DNA of 59,820 nt from Bacilli bacterium (GCA_051872535.1 JBJEDY010000023.1:1-59820), one strand, 5' to 3'; positions 18,945 to 28,122 are shown, counted from the first letter of the stretch. The notes: generated by a model from the letters alone, not told the origin. Made by a program: numbers and translations.

Positions 18945-18974
18945 TAGTATTAACAATAGTAACTATTTAATGCA
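18945..18974 (-). promoter_or_regulatory. Possible forespore-type (sigma F/G-like) promoter for the small basic ORF
   Basis: On the minus strand: TGCATT, 17 nt, then AATACTA. This resembles the GCATR / CATnnTA-type elements. Weak call. Confidence 0.25.
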
Positions 18975-19068
18975 TTAAATAAAAGGAACTAATTACCATT
19001 TTAAGATAACCAAATATTGGTAATCATAAATAAAAATAATTATAATAAAATTAACTAGGTGATAAATA

Positions 19069-19800
19069 ATGCCAATACTGATATCATTTATAGCTGGTAT
19101 TTCAACAGTAATAGGTAGTATTTTTATATTTGTTAATATTAATAAAAAAAATATCAATAAATTTATAAGTTATTGTCTATCTTTATCATTAGCAATTATG
19201 ATATTAATAAGTATAACTGAATTAATACCTGTATCACTTAAAAATATTATGATTTTTTATAAATTTCCTCTATCCATATTACTAGTATGTATAATTCCAA
19301 TAATAGGGTACAATGGAATTAAGTTAATTGATAAAATATCCTCAAGTACCAACAATCTTTATAAACTTGGAATTATTAATATGATTGTTTTAATATTACA
19401 TAATATGCCAGAAGGAATTATTACATATTTAAGCAGTATAGAAAATACAAGTCTAGGAGTAAAATTATGTATAGCTATAATGCTTCATAATATTCCAGAA
19501 GGAATAGCAATAGCAATTCCAATATATTACGGAACAGGATCTAAAACAAAAGCAGTAGGTATGAGCTTAATTTCTGGTCTATCAGAACCATTAGGGGCTG
19601 TTTTAACTCATATATTTTTTAAGAATATAATTACCGCTAAAAGTTTAAGTATTATACTGTTATTTGTTGGAGCTATTATGATTACCTTATCTATAAATAA
19701 ATTATATCCTGAAGCATCTAAGTTAGGGGAGAATAAATATGTTTATTTTGGTTTAATATCCGGCATTATTTTAATTACTATTATTGAAACATTTTTTTAG
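19069..19800 (+). CDS. zupT: ZIP-family divalent metal (zinc) transporter
   Basis: 243 aa and multi-TM, with HNMPEGI and HNIPEGIAIAIP motifs. Confidence 0.8.
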   Translation: MPILISFIAGISTVIGSIFIFVNINKKNINKFISYCLSLSLAIMILISITELIPVSLKNIMIFYKFPLSILLVCIIPIIGYNGIKLIDKISSSTNNLYKLGIINMIVLILHNMPEGIITYLSSIENTSLGVKLCIAIMLHNIPEGIAIAIPIYYGTGSKTKAVGMSLISGLSEPLGAVLTHIFFKNIITAKSLSIILLFVGAIMITLSINKLYPEASKLGENKYVYFGLISGIILITIIETFF

Positions 19801-19815
19801 AATAACAAGAATCTT

Positions 19816-19862
19816 ATGATTATCTTATATTTATTTATATGAAATATAAGATAATCATTTTC
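19816..19862 (+). terminator. Terminator after zupT
   Basis: A perfect 15-bp inverted repeat, ATGATTATCTTATAT (19816-30) with ATATAAGATAATCAT (19844-58), followed by TTT. Confidence 0.6.
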
Positions 19863-19929
19863 AATTAAATAAAAGAATAGAAATAATTACTGTCATAATC
19901 CATCATAAAAAATACATATATAATTTATA

Positions 19930-19957
19930 GGTTTACATAATATACATTATAAGAAGT
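19930..19957 (-). other. dif: dif chromosome-dimer resolution site (XerC arm - 6 bp - XerD arm)
   Basis: The minus strand reads ACTTCTTATAA-TGTATA-TTATGTAAACC. B. subtilis dif is ACTTCCTAGAA-TATATA-TTATGTAAACT, giving 9/11, 5/6 and 10/11 matches. The site lies in an AT-rich convergent gap at the gene-orientation switch. Confidence 0.8.
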
Positions 19958-20308
19958 ATTATATATCATTAAGAAAATATAAATAATATAGATAATTGAC
20001 ATTATATTTATAAATTTAATTTATGATATATAGCACTATTATATTATCTAAACAATATATGAAACAATAAAAAGAGATTTCAAAATACTTTATTTATTAT
20101 TTTTTATTTAAAATTAATTTTAAATAAATGATATTGCATTTTTATTATAATATTTATATTTTTAAATTTTCATGAAATGAATCGAATAAATCTAAGATGG
20201 ACAATTATCCATCTCGATTTGTGAAACGCTTCGAATAATTAACAATAATACAATTGTGCAGCTCACTTCGTAAGGTTAATCAATAATAGTTTTAACATAT
20301 ATATTAAC

Positions 20309-20344
20309 ACTCCCCCTTTTTCGTAATTTTATAATAGGGGGAGT
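20309..20344 (-). terminator. GC-rich hairpin just downstream of the HTH gene
   Basis: ACTCCCCCT (20309-17) pairs with AGGGGGAGT (20336-44). No clean T-run follows on either strand. Confidence 0.4.
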
Positions 20345-20363
20345 TGCATATAAAAAGAAAGAA

Positions 20364-21140
20364 TTAAATCTTTCTCGATTCTATATCAGCAATCTTTTCT
20401 AATACCTCTGCCGCATTAGTTTCATTCATTGTAGTGTATCCAAGTTCTTTTAGTGCTTGAATTTTAATAGTGTTAAGTTGTTGAGTTCTAGATAATTTTT
20501 CTTCATTCTTTTGCTCAATTTCTTTAACAAATCTTTTATGAGATTCAGTAATTCTACTTCTAGAAGCTCCCCCATTATTATATAAATTCAAAGCTGAGTA
20601 TAAAATACCTTCGAATATAAATTGTTTATCTTCTTGAAATTTATATTCTTCTGGATTAGTAAAACCAGTAGTCTTGCTCATATATCCAAAAATATACTTA
20701 ATTTCTGGAACATTATCTAGAGATTGTAACATATGATATAAGTACTGTACTGCATAATAATTTTCTTGATTATGATCATCCATTAATTTTTCTTTTAATA
20801 AATAAGTTATATCACTTAATAAAGTTTGAGAATCTTTATCTAATCCTCTTAAGTCGAAGTGTGCATCTAAATCAGAAGACAATTTAACACCTTGATTTAA
20901 TCTAGATTCAACTGCCATTAAATAATCAGTAGTTACTTTAATATTAGCAATCGCATCATCAGATGCATCTTCAATATCTAGCAACTTAAACAATAATAAT
21001 TTTTTTTCTTTAGGCCATTTATTTAAATCATCTAATTCAAGATAATTATAAACCATTTGTCTTGATACTCCTAAATATTTAGCCAATCTAACCTTTGATA
21101 TTCCTAATTCTTGTAATAAATCGTTTAATGAACAACGCAT
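20364..21140 (-). CDS. XRE-family helix-turn-helix regulator with an unknown ~190-aa C-terminal domain
   Basis: MRCSLNDLLQELGISKVRLAKYLGVSRQMVYNYL is the HTH. The ATG at 21140 follows AAGGAG, whereas the track start at 21182 has no SD. Confidence 0.7.
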   Translation of the reverse strand: MRCSLNDLLQELGISKVRLAKYLGVSRQMVYNYLELDDLNKWPKEKKLLLFKLLDIEDASDDAIANIKVTTDYLMAVESRLNQGVKLSSDLDAHFDLRGLDKDSQTLLSDITYLLKEKLMDDHNQENYYAVQYLYHMLQSLDNVPEIKYIFGYMSKTTGFTNPEEYKFQEDKQFIFEGILYSALNLYNNGGASRSRITESHKRFVKEIEQKNEEKLSRTQQLNTIKIQALKELGYTTMNETNAAEVLEKIADIESRKI

Positions 21141-21377
21141 TATTATCACTCCTTTTGTAGTTTCAAGACAATTATATATCACTTAACACTTTAGTGTCAA
21201 GTGTAAACTATTGTAAATTATAAAATAGTTATATTTTAAAACTAATTCTCATCTTAACAATATTTATTTAATATATTTACTTTCAGAAAATTATATATAT
21301 TACAAAAAACTATACAGGTACTTCCCTACCCTTATATTAAGCTACTTATTCTATAAAAATAATCAATAGACTATTTT

Positions 21378-21402
21378 ATAAAAAGTATGTTAAAAAACAT
21401 AC
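21378..21402 (-). terminator. mnmA terminator overlapping its stop codon
   Basis: On the minus strand GTATGTT-TTTT-AACATAC is followed by TTTTTAT. Confidence 0.55.
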
Positions 21403-22499
21403 CATAATTTTTCATTATTTTTTCTTACTTCATTTATAATGCCACTACCTAAACATTCTTCTCCTAAATATAAAACACAAGCTTGGCCAGGAGTAACAGC
21501 TTTAGCTCCACCTACATATTTAACTTTAATAGTACCATCATCTAAATAGGTTAATTCAACTGGATGATCTTCACCTCGATACCTAAACTTAGCTGTACAA
21601 AAAACAGGTTTGGTTGAACTTATAAAATTAACATTATCAATAATGCATTCATCACTTATTAAATATTCGTTGTCTTCACCAAAAGCAATATATAAAATAT
21701 TCTTTTCAACATTTTTACCACAAACATAATGTTTTTCTGGATAACCAGATAATCCAACATTTCTTCTTTGACCGATAGTATAATTCATTAAACCAGTATG
21801 TCTTCCTACAATATCACCAGTTTTGACATCTACTATATCACCATAATTTGGTTTTAAATAATTATGCAGAAATTCTTGATAATGTCTTTCACCTATAAAA
21901 CATATACCTGTACTATCTTTTTTAGAAGCCGTAGATAAACCTATTTCAGTAGCTATTTTTCTAACTTCTTGTTTCTGTAAATGACCTATTGGAAATAAAA
22001 TGTTTTTAAGTTGTTTTGCTTCAAGTTGAGCTAAGAAATAAGTCTGGTCTTTATTATTATCAAGTCCTCTTAATAATCTGTTACCTTCTAATCGCGCATA
22101 ATGACCTGTAGCAACATAGTCAGCACCTAATTTTAATGCCTCTTTAACAAATAAATCAAACTTAATATATTTATTACACATTAAATCAGGATTTGGTGTA
22201 CGACCTTTTTTAAGTTCATCTAAAAAATAAGTAAAAACATAATCCCAGTATTCTTTAATAAAATCAACACGATATAAAGGAATCTTTAATTGCTCACAAA
22301 CCACTTTAACATCATTATAATCTTGTTCTTGAGGACAAATACTTTCCCCAAAAGTTGGATTTCCATCAATATCATTATTAAGGGCCGCATCCCAATTACG
22401 CATAAAAAGCCCAATTACTTCATAACCTTCTTTTTGTAATAAATAAGCGGCAACTGAACTATCTACTCCACCACTCATACCAACTACAACTTTTGCCAT
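21390..22499 (-). CDS. mnmA: tRNA 2-thiouridine(34) synthase
   Basis: PP-loop VGMSGGVDSSV plus the TGHYAR and DQTYFL motifs. The ATG at 22499 follows AGGAAGTGGG. Confidence 0.95.
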   Translation of the reverse strand: MAKVVVGMSGGVDSSVAAYLLQKEGYEVIGLFMRNWDAALNNDIDGNPTFGESICPQEQDYNDVKVVCEQLKIPLYRVDFIKEYWDYVFTYFLDELKKGRTPNPDLMCNKYIKFDLFVKEALKLGADYVATGHYARLEGNRLLRGLDNNKDQTYFLAQLEAKQLKNILFPIGHLQKQEVRKIATEIGLSTASKKDSTGICFIGERHYQEFLHNYLKPNYGDIVDVKTGDIVGRHTGLMNYTIGQRRNVGLSGYPEKHYVCGKNVEKNILYIAFGEDNEYLISDECIIDNVNFISSTKPVFCTAKFRYRGEDHPVELTYLDDGTIKVKYVGGAKAVTPGQACVLYLGEECLGSGIINEVRKNNEKLWYVF

Positions 22500-22533
22500 A
22501 ATTCCCACTTCCTAAAAAGTATTATAACATATA

Positions 22534-23127
22534 TTATAACAAAGTAATTAATAGTTTATTAATAATTGGACTTAAGGAAAACAATAATACATCTAAAATA
22601 CCAATACAAATCATTACTACTACTACTTTTCTGACATTAATCATAATATTATTCTTTAATTCATTATTATGACGATAGAAGATAAAACCCAACATATTTT
22701 TTGATATTCTTGATGCTCTTACAATTAAAAATATAACTAATATTAAATATAATAACTTATAAATCAAAAAATATAAAATTGCAAATATAATACTCTTAAA
22801 ACCTAGAATACCAACTATTGAACTAATACTAAAACCTATGCTCAATGTCTCAAAAAACAAATAAAAATACACAAGAGGTAAACCAATTACTGTAAACGAT
22901 AAAACTATAATACATATGCCAATTAATAAATGAACAAAAAAATTATTAATTTTAGTTGAAACTAATCCATCTTTCAAAGAAACTAAACCTTCTACCAAAC
23001 TTTCTTTGACTCCATCATTTAAATGGAAATAATATAATATTCCAAAAATAAATCCTGTAATTAACAAAGTAATAATAAAAATGAATAACTTACGATATCT
23101 GATACGACTAAACCATTTATTTACCAT
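22534..23127 (-). CDS. spoIIM: Stage II sporulation protein M-like membrane protein
   Basis: 197 aa and multi-TM, with an SpoIIM-like layout (..VIGLPLVYFYLFFETLSIGF..). xerD is in the vicinity, as in B. subtilis. Confidence 0.6.
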   Translation of the reverse strand: MVNKWFSRIRYRKLFIFIITLLITGFIFGILYYFHLNDGVKESLVEGLVSLKDGLVSTKINNFFVHLLIGICIIVLSFTVIGLPLVYFYLFFETLSIGFSISSIVGILGFKSIIFAILYFLIYKLLYLILVIFLIVRASRISKNMLGFIFYRHNNELKNNIMINVRKVVVVMICIGILDVLLFSLSPIINKLLITLL

Positions 23128-23207
23128 ATATTTTCACCTATTCAATTATATTTACAGATATTAGAAAATATGATAAATTATATATAGTAAAAACTGAGGT
23201 GAGCATT

Positions 23208-23300
23208 ATGAATAAAACAATACAAAAAATTGCCGTATGGATTATGTTAATTGTTATGGTACTTGGATTTGTAGGAATAATTCTTGCATATTTAGCATAA
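23208..23300 (+). CDS. 30-aa single-TM miniprotein (DUF4044/Prli42-like)
   Basis: MNKTIQKIAVWIMLIVMVLGFVGIILAYLA. SD GAGGTGAG lies upstream and a terminator follows. The ORF is below the track cutoff. Confidence 0.5.
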   Translation: MNKTIQKIAVWIMLIVMVLGFVGIILAYLA

Positions 23301-23330
23301 TAAAAATATCTTTAATTAACTGATATTATA

Positions 23331-23356
23331 AGTAAACACTATAGTTTACTTTTTTA
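23331..23356 (+). terminator. Terminator after the miniprotein ORF
   Basis: AGTAAAC-ACTAT-GTTTACT followed by T6. Confidence 0.6.
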
Positions 23357-23390
23357 TTTTAATAAAATATTGAGTAAATTTACTTCATCC

Positions 23391-24017
23391 TTATTTAATA
23401 TAATTATCATTCTCATTTTTTATAGTTGCAAACTCCTCATCTAACTTGCGATATTTCATAAAATACATATACTTAAACTCATTTTCTACTTCAGGGGATA
23501 TAATATAACCATTGAAGTTATCAAAAATATCTAGTTGCATATTTAAATATCTTTCTTCTATCAATGAATCCACTACTAAATTACAAACATTAAGATTAGA
23601 AAACAAAAAAACATAAGCACTATACAAATCTTTAAAAGCTGCATATGCAACTAATTCTACCGCACCTTTACGTGTTAAATTAGTACTAATACGAGGATTT
23701 TGACGATGTTCCATATAAATTGATTCATTAACACTAAACTTGACGTCTCGCAAAGCAAAAGAAGCCATACAATATTTGATAAGAATATGAGCAAGATCAT
23801 CTTGTTGTAACATTTTAGCTTTTCTTCTACCATCATACTTACTACTGATTAATAACCATTTACTATAATCTATATTATTATCTTTTAAAACACTCATATC
23901 ATTAAATAAACACAATTTAATTGCCGTTTTTGCATTTTTGAAGCCTTGACTTTCAGATGTTCCTAAAAAAGCTGCATCAAGGTAAGATATTTTACTATCT
24001 CTCAAATTACTGTTCAT
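23391..24017 (-). CDS. Hypothetical protein
   Basis: A 208-aa ORF whose ATG at 24017 follows TAGGTGA. It has its own TATAAT-like element. No motif was recognised. Confidence 0.55.
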   Translation of the reverse strand: MNSNLRDSKISYLDAAFLGTSESQGFKNAKTAIKLCLFNDMSVLKDNNIDYSKWLLISSKYDGRRKAKMLQQDDLAHILIKYCMASFALRDVKFSVNESIYMEHRQNPRISTNLTRKGAVELVAYAAFKDLYSAYVFLFSNLNVCNLVVDSLIEERYLNMQLDIFDNFNGYIISPEVENEFKYMYFMKYRKLDEEFATIKNENDNYIK

Positions 24018-24061
24018 TATTGTCACCTATTATAAAGTATACTATATTTTATTCTAAAACT

Positions 24062-24093
24062 CAAAAAGAAAACTGAGATATTTTTCTCAGTTT
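24062..24093 (-). terminator. Terminator after the 81-aa ORF
   Basis: On the minus strand AAACTGAGA-AAAATA-TCTCAGTTT is followed by TCTTTTT. Confidence 0.65.
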
Positions 24094-24337
24094 AATTATT
24101 TTTATATTTATCAGATATTAATTGATATAGTTCATTTTTTAAATCATTATCTTTTACGACAACAACACTATTATCTTCTTCATTTACAACTTTTATAAAA
24201 TCATAAATACCCAAAGCTTTTGTTTTTTCATTATTAACTTTAACAGAATAGAAATATTTCCCATCATGATATTCAACTAAATCTAATAGCAAATAATTTA
24301 ATCCACTTTTTAAAGTAATAATATCATCCATATTCAT
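24092..24337 (-). CDS. Small acidic protein (DUF1292-like?)
   Basis: 81 aa with ITL....LLLDLVEYHDGKYFYSVKV.., reminiscent of DUF1292. Its start overlaps the upstream stop. Confidence 0.5.
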   Translation of the reverse strand: MNMDDIITLKSGLNYLLLDLVEYHDGKYFYSVKVNNEKTKALGIYDFIKVVNEEDNSVVVVKDNDLKNELYQLISDKYKNN

Positions 24338-25809
24338 TACAATTTCAATCCTTTCACTTCATCAAATGGAACAAAAGAGTCCATTAAATCACTTTCGGTT
24401 TTATTAATTTTAGCAGAATCGATTGTTTTCTTTTTTTGATTTAATACAGCATTTAATTGAGAAAATTTAGAAGCAAAAGCAGGATATTTAGCACTAGCAT
24501 GTTCGTTAGCAGCAATCACAGTACTTATATAATCTGGAGTAACATTTACAATATCACTTAAAGCATAAGCGTTGAATCCAAATGTAACTAACACTTCCCT
24601 AGGTAATGAATCTTCAATACTTTTTCCACTAGAAACACCAATTATTTTATCCAATGTATTATCAAAAATTCTAAATTTTTCTTCAACAACACTTGTATAT
24701 TTTACATCATGTTCTTGTTCTAATTGACTAATTTTCATCATTGACTTTTCAGTAGGATTCTTTTTGCTAATCATTTTTCTTGCATCATTTGCAGTCTTCA
24801 CATCAATTTCAGCAAAAACAACTTTAAGTTTATCAATAACTTTGCTAGTAAATTCATAATTATTAATTCTTAAACTTTCTCTTGCATTATCTAAAAATGG
24901 TTTAGTAGCATAAATTGAATGCTTTACTTTTTGTCTATAAAAAGTAGGATTATCTAATAAAGATTCTTTTAATTTATCAATACGTAACAAATCTACAGTT
25001 TGTTTTTTTTCTTCTTTTGGAACTTGAAACATTCTTTTACCACCCTCAACAATAGTATCCATAATACTTTTCTTATCTCCAAAGAATTGTAAATTCATTG
25101 GTATAGTTTCCATATTTTTAACTTTCATTGGTTGTTTTGGCACATTACTTACATATGCACCTTCAAAAATCTTAAAACTTTTTTTATTATTTATATTATC
25201 CAAAGCTTTTTTAGCTTCTTTTTCATAATATTTTTTCATTCGGCGATAATAAGGATTTTTTGAAGCTTTTTCAATTTTATAGCCGTCAGCAGTTTTTTTC
25301 ATTGTGTAACATTCATGAATATATGGAGATCTTACTTTATAAACATTTGTACCTTCTACATACTCTCTTGCTGGTAAATTATAACCATTCTTTGTATAGA
25401 ATTCATATAAATAATCTTCATAATCATCAATAGTTTCATTTTCTTTTATTTCTCTAGGAACTTTAATTTTATTTTTAGTTCCTGGTAAGAATTCACCTTC
25501 TTTTAATGGTTTAACAATATCAAGGCCTTCAATATTAACACGAGAAAGCATTTCAAAAAATTTATCGTAATCCGATTTCTTAATACGCATTTCATCTATT
25601 AATATAAACTCTTCAGGCTTATCAACCATATTAGCAACAAAAAGCATACGTCTAATTTCTAATAAATAAAGTATTTCATCTTGGATCTTATCTTTTGTAT
25701 TATTATCATCAAGATCTTTCAATGAATCTCTTAATTTGTGTATGGTAGCATTTACTTTTTCAATTTCATCATCATTAATTGTAAAATCAGCTTCAGTTAC
25801 TTTTTCCAT
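24337..25809 (-). CDS. Hypothetical 490-aa protein with an internal MNLQFFG motif
   Basis: A long, lysine- and glutamate-rich ORF with no signal peptide. The motif is at residues 238-244 (25078..25098). Confidence 0.7.
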   Translation of the reverse strand: MEKVTEADFTINDDEIEKVNATIHKLRDSLKDLDDNNTKDKIQDEILYLLEIRRMLFVANMVDKPEEFILIDEMRIKKSDYDKFFEMLSRVNIEGLDIVKPLKEGEFLPGTKNKIKVPREIKENETIDDYEDYLYEFYTKNGYNLPAREYVEGTNVYKVRSPYIHECYTMKKTADGYKIEKASKNPYYRRMKKYYEKEAKKALDNINNKKSFKIFEGAYVSNVPKQPMKVKNMETIPMNLQFFGDKKSIMDTIVEGGKRMFQVPKEEKKQTVDLLRIDKLKESLLDNPTFYRQKVKHSIYATKPFLDNARESLRINNYEFTSKVIDKLKVVFAEIDVKTANDARKMISKKNPTEKSMMKISQLEQEHDVKYTSVVEEKFRIFDNTLDKIIGVSSGKSIEDSLPREVLVTFGFNAYALSDIVNVTPDYISTVIAANEHASAKYPAFASKFSQLNAVLNQKKKTIDSAKINKTESDLMDSFVPFDEVKGLKL

Positions 25810-25860
25810 CTGTTATCACCCTCAATTATATAAACTAATTATAACAAAAAAACCTAAGTA

Positions 25861-26628
25861 TTAAAAGAAAAATAATTTCTTTTTAATATCTTTAGGTTCT
25901 CGTACTTCAAATAATTCATTATTTATAATTTTAGAGGGATTAGTTTCTACTAATTCTCTAGCAATATCTTCCCCTACTAGTGAAACCAACACTTTATAAG
26001 AATCATTAATTGTCAAATAATTACGACTATTAGAATGATGAACATCACTCGCCATAAAATGAATAAAATCATGTTTTAACATAACTTTGACACACTTCAT
26101 AGCATCTTTACCATATAATCCAACTAAACTACCTAAATTAGCCTGAAATAAACAACCTTGTTCAATTAAAGGTATAAGTAATTCTGGCTTTTTTTGAAAT
26201 TGAAAATATCTTTCTGGATGTGCTATAACCGGTATATAACCATCGACTTTTAGGTTAAATATTATTTCACTAAGATTATTAATTTCACTACCCATTGGAA
26301 GTTCAAATAAAATATATCTTGAACCATTCAAAGTAGATGCTTCTCCACTCTGAATAAGTTCTAACATATTATTTTCAACATATATTTCATTCCCAAGATA
26401 TAATTTTATGTTCATATTATTTGCTTTTAATAATTCATTTAAACTATTTAAAATTTCTATTTTTTCATCATTATTTTTTTTGAATTTACTACCTTTTATA
26501 TAATGTGGAGTAAGTATTAAAGAATGAATCCCATTTTTTTCTGCTTCTTTTAAAACAGCTAAAGATTCTTCAATTGTTTTACAGCCATCATCGATACCAT
26601 ACATTATATGATTATGTATATCAATCAT
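25861..26628 (-). CDS. cpsB: PHP-family protein-tyrosine phosphatase (CpsB/Wzh type)
   Basis: MIDIHNHIMYGIDDG start and the ..IAHPERY.. and ..ASDVHH.. motifs. Confidence 0.85.
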   Translation of the reverse strand: MIDIHNHIMYGIDDGCKTIEESLAVLKEAEKNGIHSLILTPHYIKGSKFKKNNDEKIEILNSLNELLKANNMNIKLYLGNEIYVENNMLELIQSGEASTLNGSRYILFELPMGSEINNLSEIIFNLKVDGYIPVIAHPERYFQFQKKPELLIPLIEQGCLFQANLGSLVGLYGKDAMKCVKVMLKHDFIHFMASDVHHSNSRNYLTINDSYKVLVSLVGEDIARELVETNPSKIINNELFEVREPKDIKKKLFFF

Positions 26629-26638
26629 TGTTTATCAC

Positions 26639-27325
26639 CTACATGTAATAGTTACCATAATTTCCATAATAGTATCCACCATTTTTATTTGGAACTTTAT
26701 TTACAATAACACCTGCAATATCAGCATTGGCATTTTCTAGAGTTTTTTTAGTTTGAGCTAATAATTCTATCGGTGTTTGTTTCATTGCAGAAACTATAAC
26801 TACTTTATCAACTAATTTACTCATAACTACAGAATCAGTCAATCCATTAACAGGAACTCCATCAAAAATAACTAAATCAAATTCACTGCTTAACAGATCA
26901 ATTAATTTTTTCATGTTATCTGAATTAAGTAATTCAGAAGGATTTGGTGGAACTATTCCCATTGTTAAAAGAAACAAATTTTCTACTTTAGTTTTTTGAA
27001 TAAAATTAGCAATATTATCTTTATCAATTGGTCCTAATAATAAAGTAGATAAACCTTTTTCATTATTAACTTGGAATACTTTATGTTGTCTTCCTTTACG
27101 CATATCGCAATCAACTAGTAATACCTTATTACCATCTTGAACAAAAGCAGTAGCTAAGTTACATGAAATGAAACTTTTACCTTCACTTGGTATAGAGCTG
27201 GTAACTAAAACTGTTTTAAGTTTTTTATCAATAGAGGAGAATTGTAAATTTGTTCTAATCGCTTTAATTGCTTCACTAACACTAGATTTTGGATTATTTT
27301 CAACGATTAATTCACTTATATTCAT
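26639..27325 (-). CDS. cpsD: Capsular BY-kinase ATPase subunit (CpsD/Wze type)
   Basis: Walker A SSIPSEGKS, Walker A' LLVDCDMRK and a C-terminal Tyr cluster GGYYYGNYGNYYM. An ATGA overlap links it to cpsC. Confidence 0.9.
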   Translation of the reverse strand: MNISELIVENNPKSSVSEAIKAIRTNLQFSSIDKKLKTVLVTSSIPSEGKSFISCNLATAFVQDGNKVLLVDCDMRKGRQHKVFQVNNEKGLSTLLLGPIDKDNIANFIQKTKVENLFLLTMGIVPPNPSELLNSDNMKKLIDLLSSEFDLVIFDGVPVNGLTDSVVMSKLVDKVVIVSAMKQTPIELLAQTKKTLENANADIAGVIVNKVPNKNGGYYYGNYGNYYM

Positions 27326-28035
27326 ACTTTCCAAACTCCTTTACTAGCCTTCTTTTTATGAATTATTCTATTAGGTACAGTTCCTAATATTGGTAACCCA
27401 ATTTTTTCTTCTACTTCTTCTACTGTTTTAATCTTATTGTCAAAGTAATACATTACAAATACTATTAACATTGATAATACTAAACCAGCAGCTAAATATA
27501 TTATAATTTGTTTAAGAAAATTAATATTATATGGTTTTTCAGCTACTTCAGCTTTATCAATTATTGTTATATTTTGAATTTGATAAATATCAACAATTTC
27601 TGAACTAAATCTTTCAGCTATTTTATTTACTATATCGCAAGATAATGAAGGATCATCAGTGTTAACGCTTATCTTAATTAGTTCAGTACCTTCTTCATTT
27701 GTTACAGTTACAATTTCTTTAAGTTCTTCTTCAGACATATCTAAATTTAGTTCTTTAATTACTGGAGATATAATACGATTACTTTTAATAATCTTACTAT
27801 ATGTTCCTACTAATTTGCTATTAATTGTAATATCATTTGTAGTTATTTCTTGAGAATCTTCATTAACCCTTGTAAGTACTAATGTCGTATATGAATTATA
27901 CATTGGTACTTGAATAAATAATGCATATATTATTCCTGCAATTCCTATTATTACAGTTATAGAAGCTATTAATGTAAACTTGCTAACAAAATAATTAAAT
28001 AAATCTTTTAAATTTATTTCTTCCAATTTCAACAC
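27322..28035 (-). CDS. cpsC: Chain-length determinant / BY-kinase transmembrane activator (CpsC/Wzd type)
   Basis: 237 aa with two TM segments flanking a Wzz-like periplasmic domain. It is coupled to cpsD. Confidence 0.85.
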   Translation of the reverse strand: MLKLEEINLKDLFNYFVSKFTLIASITVIIGIAGIIYALFIQVPMYNSYTTLVLTRVNEDSQEITTNDITINSKLVGTYSKIIKSNRIISPVIKELNLDMSEEELKEIVTVTNEEGTELIKISVNTDDPSLSCDIVNKIAERFSSEIVDIYQIQNITIIDKAEVAEKPYNINFLKQIIIYLAAGLVLSMLIVFVMYYFDNKIKTVEEVEEKIGLPILGTVPNRIIHKKKASKGVWKV

Positions 28036-28122
28036 CCTCTTAACCTATTATTAATTATACAAAATTATTATATATTTATCAATATAAAAAGCACAAATAA
28101 AAACTAATATAAATAACATATA

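Noticed and set aside
18985-19035. Imperfect palindrome TTACCA...GATAACCAAATATTGGTAATC upstream of zupT as a Zur box
   Set aside because: It does not resemble the Firmicute Zur consensus (TCGTAAT-N-ATTACGA type), and AT-rich palindromes are frequent here by chance.
20263-20298. 11-codon micro-ORF MLKLLLINLTK as a signalling-peptide gene for the adjacent HTH regulator
   Set aside because: It is too short, the SD spacing is long (~11 nt), the 'SD' is one arm of the terminator-like hairpin, and the regulator is smaller than typical RRNPP proteins. It is kept only as a low-interest note.
21201-21209. GTGTAAACT, resembling the XerD arm of dif, upstream of the HTH gene; this raised the idea of a dif-integrated element (IMEX) bracketing the HTH gene
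   Set aside because: Only ~8/11 of one arm matches, there is no credible XerC arm or central region, and the orientation is inverted relative to the dif at 19930..19957. IMEX junctions are direct repeats.
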